Of a DNA stretch of 24,909 bases, positions 11,032-20,912 are shown piece after piece (position 1 is the first letter of the stretch; each line of letters starts with the position of its first letter). The stretch is from IMG/VR virus record IMGVR_UViG_3300023371_000071. One strand, given 5' to 3'. The notes under the pieces were generated by a model. It ran no database searches. It was not told where the DNA came from and worked only from the letters and a program-made list of their open reading frames with translations. The stretch is from a virus (lineage: Duplodnaviria > Heunggongvirae > Uroviricota > Caudoviricetes). Made by a program: the position numbers and the translations under genes.

Positions 11032-11622
11032 TTACGCCTCCTGCTTTGGAGTGACTACCTTATACTGCGGGACTGCGGTACGACGGCCAGTAGCAGGCTG
11101 TGCTTCCTCAGTCTTCACACGACGCACAGGAGTAATTGCTTCGGCTTTCACGCCAGACTCTTCTTCCTCTGCCTTGCGAGCTTCTTCCAAATGCTTAATC
11201 GCTGCGGTTACGTCGAAGCCCATCTTTTCTTTGATAGCTTCACGCTTACGATTATCATTTACTGGAAGTGCCACAGCGTGCTTCTTAATTAAATCAAGCA
11301 CGCCTTCGGGAGCAAAATCCAAACAATCTAAGAATGCATCAATAGAACCTTTTTCAAGTAGATCAATAACACCCTTTTCATCCAAATAATATTCAGGCTC
11401 AACTTTTACAGACATTTCTTGTAGAGCGGACTCATCCTGAACAAATAGATGCTTGCGAATTAGATTCATGCCGCCGGGCAAATAAGACAGAGCATTTAGT
11501 TCGTCCATAGAAATGGTTTTTACTTCGTTGGGAGCAAACTCGCGACGAACACCCATTTCCGGCACACTGTATACAACCATAGAACTACTTCTATTCTTTA
11601 CAGAAACTTTCTTATCACTCAT
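11032..11622 (-). CDS. Hypothetical virion-associated protein, 196 aa
   Basis: Clean ORF with AAGGAG SD, TAA stop and no TAG, directly after the MCP terminator. Confidence 0.8.
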   Translation of the reverse strand: MSDKKVSVKNRSSSMVVYSVPEMGVRREFAPNEVKTISMDELNALSYLPGGMNLIRKHLFVQDESALQEMSVKVEPEYYLDEKGVIDLLEKGSIDAFLDCLDFAPEGVLDLIKKHAVALPVNDNRKREAIKEKMGFDVTAAIKHLEEARKAEEEESGVKAEAITPVRRVKTEEAQPATGRRTAVPQYKVVTPKQEA

Positions 11623-11643
11623 ATTTTAAAACTCCTTTTACTC

Positions 11644-11671
11644 AAAAATGGGGAGGGAGTGATCCCTCCCC
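11644..11671 (-). terminator. Intrinsic terminator after the major capsid gene
   Basis: 9-bp stem GGGGAGGGA/TCCCTCCCC with a 4-nt loop, followed by ATTTTT on the minus strand. Confidence 0.8.
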
Positions 11672-11686
11672 GATATATTTATTTAA

Positions 11687-12733
11687 TTAACCAGAAACCT
11701 TGTCACCATCATAAACCTTGGTATCCAAGGAGTTGTTTACATAAACGCAAATGTCAGGAGTCATAACGACGCCAACGCCAACCTTCTTGTAAACCTGGAT
11801 TTCACGGCTACGATCCTTGTTAACATACTCGTCAACAATGGTAGCACCTTCCATAACAACCTTAGCTGGCTTTACAGAACCAGGTAGGATGTAGCAATGG
11901 GAAGGATCAATAACCTTCTCGGTATGAGTAGCATCAGTGAAACCTTGTGGAAGAATAACAACAGGATGATTCTTATAAGAAGCAAAGCGACCATTATTCC
12001 AGATAACATCCTTCATGTTGTCAGACCACATATTAGCATTCTCAGGACGAATGGTGCTAGCAAACTCCTCAGTGCAGTAGATGGTAGGAGTACCATAAGC
12101 TGCAGCAATAGAAATAAGACGATCGAATGCCTTCTCGTCGAAAGCAGAAGCCTCAACCTTATTCATGGTTGGAAGCTGATTCAAACCAGTCTTAAGAGCC
12201 TGACCGATCTCCCAGTAAATAAGCTCGTCCATGCCGTCCATAACGATCTTGGTAACTTCAGCAAAATCAGCACGACCATCAAGGAACTCCTCAAGACCGA
12301 TCTGAGCTGCGCCACCAATAGCGCTGGTCTGCATTTCGATAGCAGTATCCTTACCAAGCTTAAAGACTTCGTAGATACCTGCAAGTCCGACCTTGGTAAT
12401 AAACTGCTTAGCACGCTGACGATCATGGTGACGATGGAAGATAGCCTTATCGCCCTGACCAATGGTCTTGATCTCAGCAAACTGACCATAGTTTTCCATA
12501 ACCTTCTTAGGAAGTACTTCATCCATAGTCTGCTCAATTAGAGCAAAAATCAAATTCTTATTCTCACGATACTGAGCGAAAGTGCCAGCATACTCGTTGA
12601 GTTCACGGCGAAGAGTCTCATTAAGAGCATCATAAGTCAAATTCTCGCCGTTAAAGCTGTAAGCAACCGGAGCGGAGCGATCAGCTTTAGCAGTAGCCTT
12701 CATAAGCTTCAAAAGTTCATTTCTTTCTAACAT
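11687..12733 (-). CDS. Major capsid protein (HK97-fold candidate), 348 aa
   Basis: Size, position after the protease and accessory gene, strong SD, high-expression codon bias and downstream terminator. No TAG. Confidence 0.85.
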   Translation of the reverse strand: MLERNELLKLMKATAKADRSAPVAYSFNGENLTYDALNETLRRELNEYAGTFAQYRENKNLIFALIEQTMDEVLPKKVMENYGQFAEIKTIGQGDKAIFHRHHDRQRAKQFITKVGLAGIYEVFKLGKDTAIEMQTSAIGGAAQIGLEEFLDGRADFAEVTKIVMDGMDELIYWEIGQALKTGLNQLPTMNKVEASAFDEKAFDRLISIAAAYGTPTIYCTEEFASTIRPENANMWSDNMKDVIWNNGRFASYKNHPVVILPQGFTDATHTEKVIDPSHCYILPGSVKPAKVVMEGATIVDEYVNKDRSREIQVYKKVGVGVVMTPDICVYVNNSLDTKVYDGDKVSG

Positions 12734-12756
12734 AGCTAGTTTCTCTCCTTTCCGAA

Positions 12757-13461
12757 TTACTGAATACGCATGACCTTAACGGCCTTCTGCATATCGCCTA
12801 AATTGTATACCTTAACAACCTGCCACAACATGCCGGACTCAGCCTCGGTCTTAGCCAAGTAGCCCTTTGCATTAGGAGCAAGAATGTCACCAAGAGCAAG
12901 AGTTTCCTCTGCAACACAGTTAGTAGTAAAGATGTCGCCCTCATGAGTCTTGAATAGACGAGGAGTCATCATACCCTGAACATCAGAAAGTAGCTGAGGC
13001 TGATTTAGATTCTCAATCTCATAGGACTGACCAATCTTCAAATGCATACGACCAAAGTCATCAGCAGCACCCTCATCAGTATAACCAGCAGCATAAACAT
13101 CGGTCTCAGCACCGATAGTCTTCATCTGGTTGTCAACATCGCCCTTAGCGCCAACTGGGCTATAAACATAACCATTGTAGTCACGAGCGATCATAGCGAA
13201 GTCCTGGTCGGTCTCCCATGGAGCATAGACCTTAACTTCATTGAAGATAAGCATCCATTCGCCCTTACCTTCAAAATCAACAGTACCATTTACATAGTTG
13301 TACTTAGCAAACTGACCATTCTCTAGGATCTTGATATCCTTATGAGCAGGCAACTGAGCATAAATTTCACCAGTGCGCTGTGCGGAGAGATGGTTAGGCT
13401 CAACCTGACCGAAGCCATAAGTTACATACTTAGCTTCAGGAGATAATCTTTTAAAAGCCAT
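12757..13461 (-). CDS. Capsid accessory/decoration protein candidate, 234 aa
   Basis: Clean ORF between scaffold and MCP with the same high-expression codon style, AGGAGG SD and no TAG. Confidence 0.6.
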   Translation of the reverse strand: MAFKRLSPEAKYVTYGFGQVEPNHLSAQRTGEIYAQLPAHKDIKILENGQFAKYNYVNGTVDFEGKGEWMLIFNEVKVYAPWETDQDFAMIARDYNGYVYSPVGAKGDVDNQMKTIGAETDVYAAGYTDEGAADDFGRMHLKIGQSYEIENLNQPQLLSDVQGMMTPRLFKTHEGDIFTTNCVAEETLALGDILAPNAKGYLAKTEAESGMLWQVVKVYNLGDMQKAVKVMRIQ

Positions 13462-13487
13462 TTTTTAGCTCCTCCTTTGATATCTAA

Positions 13488-14897
13488 TTACATAGTTTTG
13501 GCAGTCTCACGCACGGCCTTAATCCAGGCTGGTGCATTGTCATTGCCATCGTCGTTGTCACCAAGGGAATAAACCATTGGATCCTGTTTTTCGGGTTCTT
13601 GTTTATCGTTATCAAGGCTGAAATTAACCTTGTTACGAACACAAATAATAGAAAGCTTGGCTTCAATATCATCCAAGGAATAGTTGTCAATATTAGCAAC
13701 AACATCAGCCTTGTCAGTTTCAGTCAACATATAGAAGCCATCAATCATAGCCTGCTTTTCCTTACGATCAGCAGTGGCCTTAAACTCACGAAGTGGAGCG
13801 ATTTCCTTCTCAAGAGAAGCACACTTTACTTCGAGAGCAGCATAATTCTTGGCGAGCTCAACATATTCTGGAATCTCTTCAAGATTATACTTCTTTTCTT
13901 TATTGCAAGAGCATTCAGACGCAGGTTTTCCGCACTTCGGGCACTTCTTGTCATCCTCGTCCTCTTCTTCATCATCGGACTTGGCGAACTTCTTCTTACC
14001 CTTCTTCTTCTTGTCCTCGTCTTCGTCTTCATCCTCCTCAGACTCTTCAGATTCCTTCTTATCCTCTGAATCATCTTCGTCCTTCTTTGGAGGGAATGGA
14101 GGCTTTTTCTCTTCTTTCTTTTCCTCTTCCTCGTCGGGCTTCTTCTTGAACTCAGTCTCTTCGGCTGAATTCTCGATATTCTGCTCCTCCTCAGTCATAG
14201 GGGTCTTAATATCCTCATTCATTTGAGTTTTTCCTCCTTCTTGTAAAGCTGTTTGTAATTCTTTAATCATGGAGAACAATTGTTCCTTGAACTCTCCATC
14301 AATAGAGAACTGCGAAGCGATACCCGCTCCCTCAAAGCAAGGTTCGACGTTCTCTCCAAGAATACACAATTTTTGGATAATTGCTTCATTGATAATGAAA
14401 AACTTAGGCATTCCATTATCGTCTGTTGTCCACTTCCCTTTTGTAAGTTTATTATGAAGTTCCATGGACTGATTATTCCCCTTCTCAATGATACGCTTAG
14501 CCTCTGGGTACACATCATCCCAAATATAACCTTCAGTCATAAGGTACTCATGCTCAACACCATCATCTAAGAATTTCTGGAACCAGACTTTTGCTCCCAA
14601 ATCAACGAAACCATATGGTCGAGTGGTATCAATAATATCAAACTTACCATTTGAAACATCAATCATACGATTATGCTCTTCAAAATCACCAGTAGCCTCA
14701 TTAAAAAAACCAACAATAGGGCAACCTGGCAATGACTTCGCCATATCAGTGGCAACAGCCTTGGTAATTACACTGTGGTTTCTATTGGGATCTTCTCCCA
14801 CATAACACACTTTAATCTGACACTTAGAGATTAAAGGGTTAACAGGAGTGAAGTTAAGCAATTCAACAGTAGCTTCAACTGGAACACTAATATGCAT
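13488..14897 (-). CDS. Prohead protease-scaffold fusion, 469 aa
   Basis: N-terminal HK97/U35-like protease region (KVCYVG..NRNHS...QSMEL...LCILG.NVEPCFEGA), then an acidic/basic low-complexity region and a coiled-coil C-terminus. It lies between portal and capsid genes. Confidence 0.8.
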   Translation of the reverse strand: MHISVPVEATVELLNFTPVNPLISKCQIKVCYVGEDPNRNHSVITKAVATDMAKSLPGCPIVGFFNEATGDFEEHNRMIDVSNGKFDIIDTTRPYGFVDLGAKVWFQKFLDDGVEHEYLMTEGYIWDDVYPEAKRIIEKGNNQSMELHNKLTKGKWTTDDNGMPKFFIINEAIIQKLCILGENVEPCFEGAGIASQFSIDGEFKEQLFSMIKELQTALQEGGKTQMNEDIKTPMTEEEQNIENSAEETEFKKKPDEEEEKKEEKKPPFPPKKDEDDSEDKKESEESEEDEDEDEDKKKKGKKKFAKSDDEEEDEDDKKCPKCGKPASECSCNKEKKYNLEEIPEYVELAKNYAALEVKCASLEKEIAPLREFKATADRKEKQAMIDGFYMLTETDKADVVANIDNYSLDDIEAKLSIICVRNKVNFSLDNDKQEPEKQDPMVYSLGDNDDGNDNAPAWIKAVRETAKTM

Positions 14898-14912
14898 TAT
14901 TTAACTTCCTCC

Positions 14913-16520
14913 TTAATTAGCAGATTCCTTATTCTAAATAGTTTTTTCAGATTTCTGTCCATCTGGTTTTTCAGGACGACCGCCTTTATTTTCAGAGGAA
15001 GAACCTGTCTAAGAACTTTGAGCTTTCTTCTAAGCCTTCTATCCTAAGATGTCCTCACCATTCATTGTAGAACTCATAATCGGTGGGATCATAATTTCAT
15101 ACAAGTGCAATACTTCATTTTCAAAGTGTGCAGTAGCAATAATAGCACTTTGAGAATGACCCATCGCAATCTGCGGTAGCATCTTGGAGTAACCAATCTG
15201 CACTTGTTCCTTATACATCTTCGCAAGCTCGATGTAGTTGTAGACTGTCGTCTCCAACATATACACTCTAAAGTTATACTTCTTCTTACCGGGGAACTTG
15301 TGACGAACGATCTTGTTTAACATATTACCAAACTGTAGAATCAAATTGCGCATTGAAGCCTCATCATTTAAGATAGACTTTTCAAGAGCAATATTACCAT
15401 CTGTATTAAACAAGTTCTAAGAAACACCAAATTGGTTATACAAAGTTCTTTCAACCTTTTCCAAATCATCGGTAGAGGTTGTAGTATTTTTATCCGCCAA
15501 GTCCGCAACAGAGGTATCCGCAAATGTAGTCATAACGTCTACACCAACCGCACGCTTCAACATCTGAACCGCATTGTTGTGAATATCTTTTGCTTCATCA
15601 ACGTCAAAAATCAAATCACCATTCTTATCAAGAGGAAGTTTCTGAATTACAATTTTCAACAATTTCTGCATGGTCTTGCGACGGTCTAAATCCTGCGCTG
15701 CATCCAAATCCAAAATCGCGGGAATCGCATTTGCAAGAATTGGATAGTCACTACCATTCAGATTTAATTTAATCGCACAAGCGGGATCAAGTAAATACCA
15801 CCCAGCTTGAGAGCCAGATTCATCTTTAAGTTTGCCTTTCTTGTATAAAACATAACCTTTGGCAAACTCTTCTGGGAACATCTTTAAAATTCTAAGTCGC
15901 TGTTCAATAGTTGGGAACTTATCATCAAAGAACTTCATATTGAACTCAACGGCCGGCGAATCGCCAACCATATAACGACTGCGACAATAAGCAACTGGCA
16001 ATTCCTGCAAGGTCATGCCATTAGTGGTATCTACAATATAACCATAGTAGCAACCATTCTTAATAACCTAAAGGGCTACATTGCCGCACATGTATTTAAT
16101 ATTTGAGTTATCTAAATAATTAAGAACCTTAGAAAACTCACTTAGAATTTTTTCTTCCTTGATAGAATCATCTTCAACATATGGAACAACATACCAGTCA
16201 TATCTATACAAAAATGCAAAATATTTGCATAGACGTTCATAGATACCACTTACCTCATAGAAGTAATTTGATATTTCACGCAAGGTGTTATAATCCTTAG
16301 TAGCTAATGCGCGTAAAACCGCATTCTTGTCACCATATGTACGATTGGTCTTTTTTAAAGCACCCAAATCTAAAATAGCATCATCAAGGGTTTGTAGACC
16401 AATACGAATCTTGCTAAAATCAAGTGGCTCATTATTTTCCGGATCAATATAATCAATATCCCTGCGAGGCGGAGTTAATGCAAAACCTTTAGCACGGATT
16501 TCATCCTATCTTCTTCGCAA
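14913..16520 (-). CDS. Portal protein, 535 aa (7 in-frame TAG)
   Basis: Three same-frame fragments joined through TAG at 16506, 16068, 15417, 15039, 15030, 15009, 14934. TTG start at 16520 lies 8 nt from GGAGG, with TAA at 14913. It has a typical GGRP C-terminal motif and lies between terminase and protease. Confidence 0.88.
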
Positions 16521-16533
16521 CCGTCACACCTCC

Positions 16534-16890
16534 TTAATAGCCAGCCTTTGTCATAATATAATCATAAGTAATAAGATTCTCTTCTGTATACGGAATTTCA
16601 ACTAATGGGATTTCCTTTAATGCACAAAAACGACGTTTCTTGTTATCATTGAACTACTGTTGATAAAAACCTTTTGTTCCACCAAATTTACTTGATGGTT
16701 CATAATGTTGTTTACCTTGATATTCAATAAGGAAATCAATATTTCCATCATCGTCAAATACACAAAAGTCAAACCGCAAAGGACGACCATTCGGGCTATT
16801 TAAACCCTCAAATGATTGTTCCATTGTGAACCGCAATCCCGCCTCTTCCAGAATCTCTTGAATCTTGATTTCTCCACGAGACGCTCTCAT
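16534..16890 (-). CDS. Small DUF559/Vsr-like PD-(D/E)xK endonuclease-fold protein, 118 aa (1 in-frame TAG)
   Basis: Motifs S.GE..I...L, LRFDF.VF, LIEYQGKQHY. Readthrough of TAG 16654 adds FNDNKKRRFCALKEIPLVEIPY, which completes the domain, and the stop is TAA at 16534. Confidence 0.8.
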
Positions 16891-16902
16891 AATGGACCTC
16901 CC

Positions 16903-18645
16903 TTAGTTCATAAACATCATTTCAGAAATTCTGCCTTTGCGTTTACGCTTTTTACTATCTTCCTCTTGTTTAATATAGTACAAGCCATATTCAAAAGCAG
17001 AGAACTTATCTTTCTTAATTGACTTATTAGCTTGCTTTAAAATGATGTTAACACCTTCGTTTTCTTCACGAAGATTCATCATCTCTTCCTTCAATATGGA
17101 AGTTAGAGTAAACGGTTTAAGATATTCCGCCCTCTCTTCAGGTTTCATATCTTGTCCACGCTTAGTTCCCATTAACTTAACTTTTGCCACACGTTCATCA
17201 ATCAGCATCTTTACTTTACCAGAAGATAACTGAGTTTGCGCATTCGCGTGAGCTTCAGTGTTAATAGGTGCATTGGCCTTAATAATATACATAGCATCAA
17301 ACTCACAGGCATCAGTGCGGAACTTCTTATAATAATTTTCTTCATCGTTCTCAACACCAAAGTCAGGATAAGTTTCATTAGTATCCGGATCAATTTGAGT
17401 TTTTACCATATAGTCAACAAGACCAATACCAAGACCATTACCGTCGATAACAATACGACGAGCCTTGTATTTATAGAACAACTTCTTCAATGCAATAGCT
17501 TGATCTTCAAAGTGTTCATCATGTAAAGTATAAATATTTACCAAAGTCTTTAATGATACACCCGCAGTCTGTGGTGTTACCTTAAATACACAAACTACAG
17601 TATCGCAACCTTTACGACCTACGTCAACCGCAAGTACATAATACGCAGACTTCATAGATCTACCAGAATACTCGTATTCAGGCTGCTTTAAGATTCTATT
17701 ACGATCAAATTGCTCAGCACGGAAGAACGCATCTTCAATAGTGCCAGACCATTTAGATTCATACTCACGGTCAAAAGAGGACTCATTAAATGTACCGTCC
17801 AATTTCAAGTCGCGCACAAAGTTCTTATCAAGTAATTTCATAAGAACAGGAATTCTCCAAGTACCACCCATAATACAAAACTTCTCCGGTTGCGTAATCT
17901 GTCCAACAAGCATTTGAATCAACTTATCATAAGCGAAAGTATTCTTCCAGCCCGCAGTTGTAACAAAGATCTGACTTTTATTCAGAACCTCTTGATCATC
18001 AGAAGTACCATCCGGCAATCTGCGAGAAACGTTCATAACTGGAATAATAACTTCGTTTAGGATAGTTCCATCTACGCCAACGCACTCCTCAACAAGTCCG
18101 CCATGTCGGCGCTTACCTCTTGATTTTTCGCTAGCACCCAAGTTATCAATATAAGAACCACTTCGGAAAATATATTTACAATAGTCTTTACCTTCTAATG
18201 TTTTACCACGGCCCCAGTCAATCTCTTTTGCGAAGCCCGGCACAAGAGTACAGATTTCCTGGACTTTTTCTTTCAAAATACCAGAAGCCTGTTCCTTACC
18301 ACCAGAAGTAACAAATAGTTTAGATCCCGCATATAGTACTGCACGAGTCATCAAAATCAAAACCGCAAGGAATGATTTTGAATAAGCACGCGGAAAGACC
18401 GCATACACGTATTTGTAACGCATAGCGGCCCGCAAAAATACTCGTTGATAAAAGAATAAGTTAAGCGTTTCCTTTGGAGGATTTGGCTGCCATTTACCTG
18501 CCATGAAGTCAACAAACATGTCAGGGTATTCGCGCCAATAGGCAATATACTAACGTGCGACCGGAATAACGGCCCGCACACGCTCTTCAGATAAACCAAT
18601 TTTCTATCGGTCGTTTGAGAGGTTTAATAAGTCTTGTAAAGCCAT
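16903..18645 (-). CDS. terL: Terminase large subunit, 580 aa (2 in-frame TAG at codons 14 and 32)
   Basis: Walker A-like FPRAYSKS, Walker B-like GGLVEE, RNase H-like nuclease motifs YVLAVDVGR, IDGNGLG, KDKFSA. The start extends to ATG 18645 (MALQDLLNLSNDR*KIGLSEERVRAVIPVAR*YIAYWREYPDMF) with a GGAGG SD, through TAG 18604 and 18550. Confidence 0.92.
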
Positions 18646-18646
18646 A

Positions 18647-19819
18647 TTATTCCTCCTTTAACATTTCCATCATCGTTAAGGCATCATCTTCAGCCTCTTG
18701 TTCTAAGAATTCATAGTGTTCGGCAAAGTCATCATCTTTCAATTCATCAAGAGAATCCATATCCATAATTTCATCTTCATCATCAATATCTTCATCTTCT
18801 TCGCGTTCGGCTTCGCGCTGCAATGCCTTAACCGCAGATTCGATAAGATTACCAAGATTCATCTCTTCAGTAACAAGAGTGTTAGTGTAGCCACGCAAGT
18901 CCGCAAGAGTTTCATCAACTCTATCCTTCGGCTTGTCGGTATAGAAACGAGGAATAAATCCCTCTTCTTTTTCACATAATAAAACCAGTTCAGAAATTGA
19001 GTTAACAAACTCGCCAGCCTCAGCCTTATTCTGAACCGCAGTAAATTTAGCGGATTTCATCAAAGCGTCATAAACCTTAGACATCTTTTGGAAACCTTCG
19101 ATGTCGCCCAAGTCAATCAGTTGATGAGCCTTGATTGAAGTTTTACAAATAAGCTTTAAATAGTCTTCATGAGATGGAGTCTGAATATCGAACGATTGCA
19201 TCATCTCTTGATAATACTTCTCTAACTGAACCCATTCATACGGTTTGTAGGTCTTGCCCCACTTAATCGCCAAGTAAGTTTTATCTTCTTCAGTTAGATC
19301 ATCTTCGAATCCCACTGGCTCAAAGGCATCAATCGGAGCAGGCTCCTCTCGTGTTGCTTCTAGTTCAGCGGGTCTTTCAGGTGTCCTGTTTGCGGCGAGA
19401 GCTTCCTCAATCTCTTCTCCAGTATAGCCTTGTCGAGCCATAACGTCTCGCTTCCGCGCATCCATTTCAGCCTTAATCTTTTCAGTATCTTCCCATGAAT
19501 AATTTTTGTATTGATTCAATTTCATTTTGGAAAGGTAACGACCCAAGATGGTCATACCAGTAACCTTGGTGCGGTCCTTGCCATAACGTTCAAGTAGAGT
19601 ATTCCATTCCTCTTCAATATAAGGAACATTGATCTCTTCCAAAATCCATAAATAAGTTTTCGGATTCCAATTGTCTACATGTCGAGTGATGCATTTCTTA
19701 CATTCAGGTAATTTACCATCGTCGGGGTATCTATCCAACCGATTAGATGTGTAAAATTGATCAGTATCCATCGTTCGACCGCAGACCTTACAATAATAAG
19801 TTTTATTTAAGTCTGCCAT
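18647..19819 (-). CDS. N-terminal Zn-finger protein, 390 aa; terminase small subunit candidate
   Basis: CKVC...CKKC near the N-terminus, acidic C-terminus, and it abuts terL. No TAG. The TerS role rests on position only. Confidence 0.6.
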   Translation of the reverse strand: MADLNKTYYCKVCGRTMDTDQFYTSNRLDRYPDDGKLPECKKCITRHVDNWNPKTYLWILEEINVPYIEEEWNTLLERYGKDRTKVTGMTILGRYLSKMKLNQYKNYSWEDTEKIKAEMDARKRDVMARQGYTGEEIEEALAANRTPERPAELEATREEPAPIDAFEPVGFEDDLTEEDKTYLAIKWGKTYKPYEWVQLEKYYQEMMQSFDIQTPSHEDYLKLICKTSIKAHQLIDLGDIEGFQKMSKVYDALMKSAKFTAVQNKAEAGEFVNSISELVLLCEKEEGFIPRFYTDKPKDRVDETLADLRGYTNTLVTEEMNLGNLIESAVKALQREAEREEDEDIDDEDEIMDMDSLDELKDDDFAEHYEFLEQEAEDDALTMMEMLKEE

Positions 19820-19824
19820 TCACA

Positions 19825-20886
19825 TTACTCCTTTGCCTTCTTGTTCTTGGCATTCCGGCAACACTTACACAAAGAATACCATCCATCTCTTGAACCTTTG
19901 TTTATGGAAAAAAATCTTGAATGGGCTAACTTAATTTGCCCACACCTAGTACATTTCTTCCACTTCCCATATTCTTTTTCAGTATAATACCAGGTCAGCC
20001 ATTCATCTGTATAATAAGAGGCAATGAGCTTTGGAATTTTATTACGCCATAACGAAGAAATATATTCGAGCGAATGAGTGAAGCCGAATTCCTTTTCAAT
20101 CATTTCCTTGATATCAACATTAGATTGCCCGTCAATTTTATATTCTACAATACGACGGTATAAAGGATAGCCGGCAAGTGAATTATCTACTAATCTATCA
20201 AAGTCTTCCATCATATACCAGGTATCACCCTCGAACCTGCCATAGCATCCTTCTTTTAGTTTAGAATAATTGCATAAAATAGTGCTAATAACAACGGGAT
20301 TGATAAAGGACACACCTTCATACTGGATTTCTCCATTTTCATCTACCCATTCATCCCATGGGAGTTTAATATAGTGTCCGATATTTCTTGTAATATTTCG
20401 CGCAACAATTGGTTGGCGGTAGGCGTTTTTAATAAGATATTGATCCTTCCGCAATTCGATAATAGTTGATTTGATAATATAGGCTGCTCGCCCAGTCGCA
20501 GTTTTAGACAGCTTTTCCCAATATGCTATGCTGTCGCGCAACTGACGTAATGGCTCAATTTCTTCTAAATCTTTTTTCGTAATTGTTACTTTCGGCTAAA
20601 ATATTACATTCTTATCGTTCGTTACTAAATTATATATACCATCTTCGCCATTCTCCAACTGGCCAACAAGACCCTCGAAAGATGTTTCTCGTTTATTGAC
20701 AGTCGCCATACGGTTGTCGGTGAGAATCTTTCGCTCCTTCTTCTCTTGTTTCTCCATACAAAGAACCAAATAATCAGCAAGGATTTCCAGATATTGCTCG
20801 CTTGGGTCGGGAGTCTCTGTTAAAATCTATTTCACCAATTCATTTCGCTCTTGAGGAGATTCAATCGTATAATCTAGCTTGATTAT
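19825..20886 (-). CDS. Putative DNA-binding regulator, about 353 aa, with HTH-like region and C-terminal Zn ribbon (2 in-frame TAG, non-ATG start)
   Basis: The frame is open from the AGGAGG SD (about 20896-20901) to TAA 19825 except TAG 20827 and 20596. It has CTRC...CKCC at the C-terminus and a region resembling sigma region 4 HTH (YRRIVEYKIDGQSNVDIKEMIEKEF...EYISSLWR). There is no ATG near the SD, so the start coordinate is uncertain (ATA 20886, ATT 20889/20892, or TTG 20895). Confidence 0.7.
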
Positions 20887-20912
20887 AATAATCAACCTCC
20901 TTCTATGCCTCT

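Noticed and set aside
13940-14200. Tandem repeat or CRISPR-like periodicity (TCTTC/TCGTC runs)
   Set aside because: Simply encodes the Glu/Asp/Lys-rich scaffold linker; there is no repeat-spacer structure.
7433-18599. Same-strand alternative-frame ORFs (7433-7738, 12181-12537, 13484-13705, 13826-14074, 14267-14518, 17211-17393, 18357-18599)
   Set aside because: Nested in well-supported genes and explained by codon bias or low complexity.
692-19000. Plus-strand ORFs antisense to structural genes (e.g. 692-925, 7275-7826, 11897-12541, 13599-14069, 17236-17526, 18716-18979)
   Set aside because: Shadow frames of real minus-strand genes, with no SD or recognisable motifs noted.
1-20900. Pseudogenisation or sequencing error as the cause of the fragmented ORFs
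   Set aside because: All 51 interruptions are TAG, with no frameshifts and no TAA/TGA. Random decay or error would not be codon-specific.
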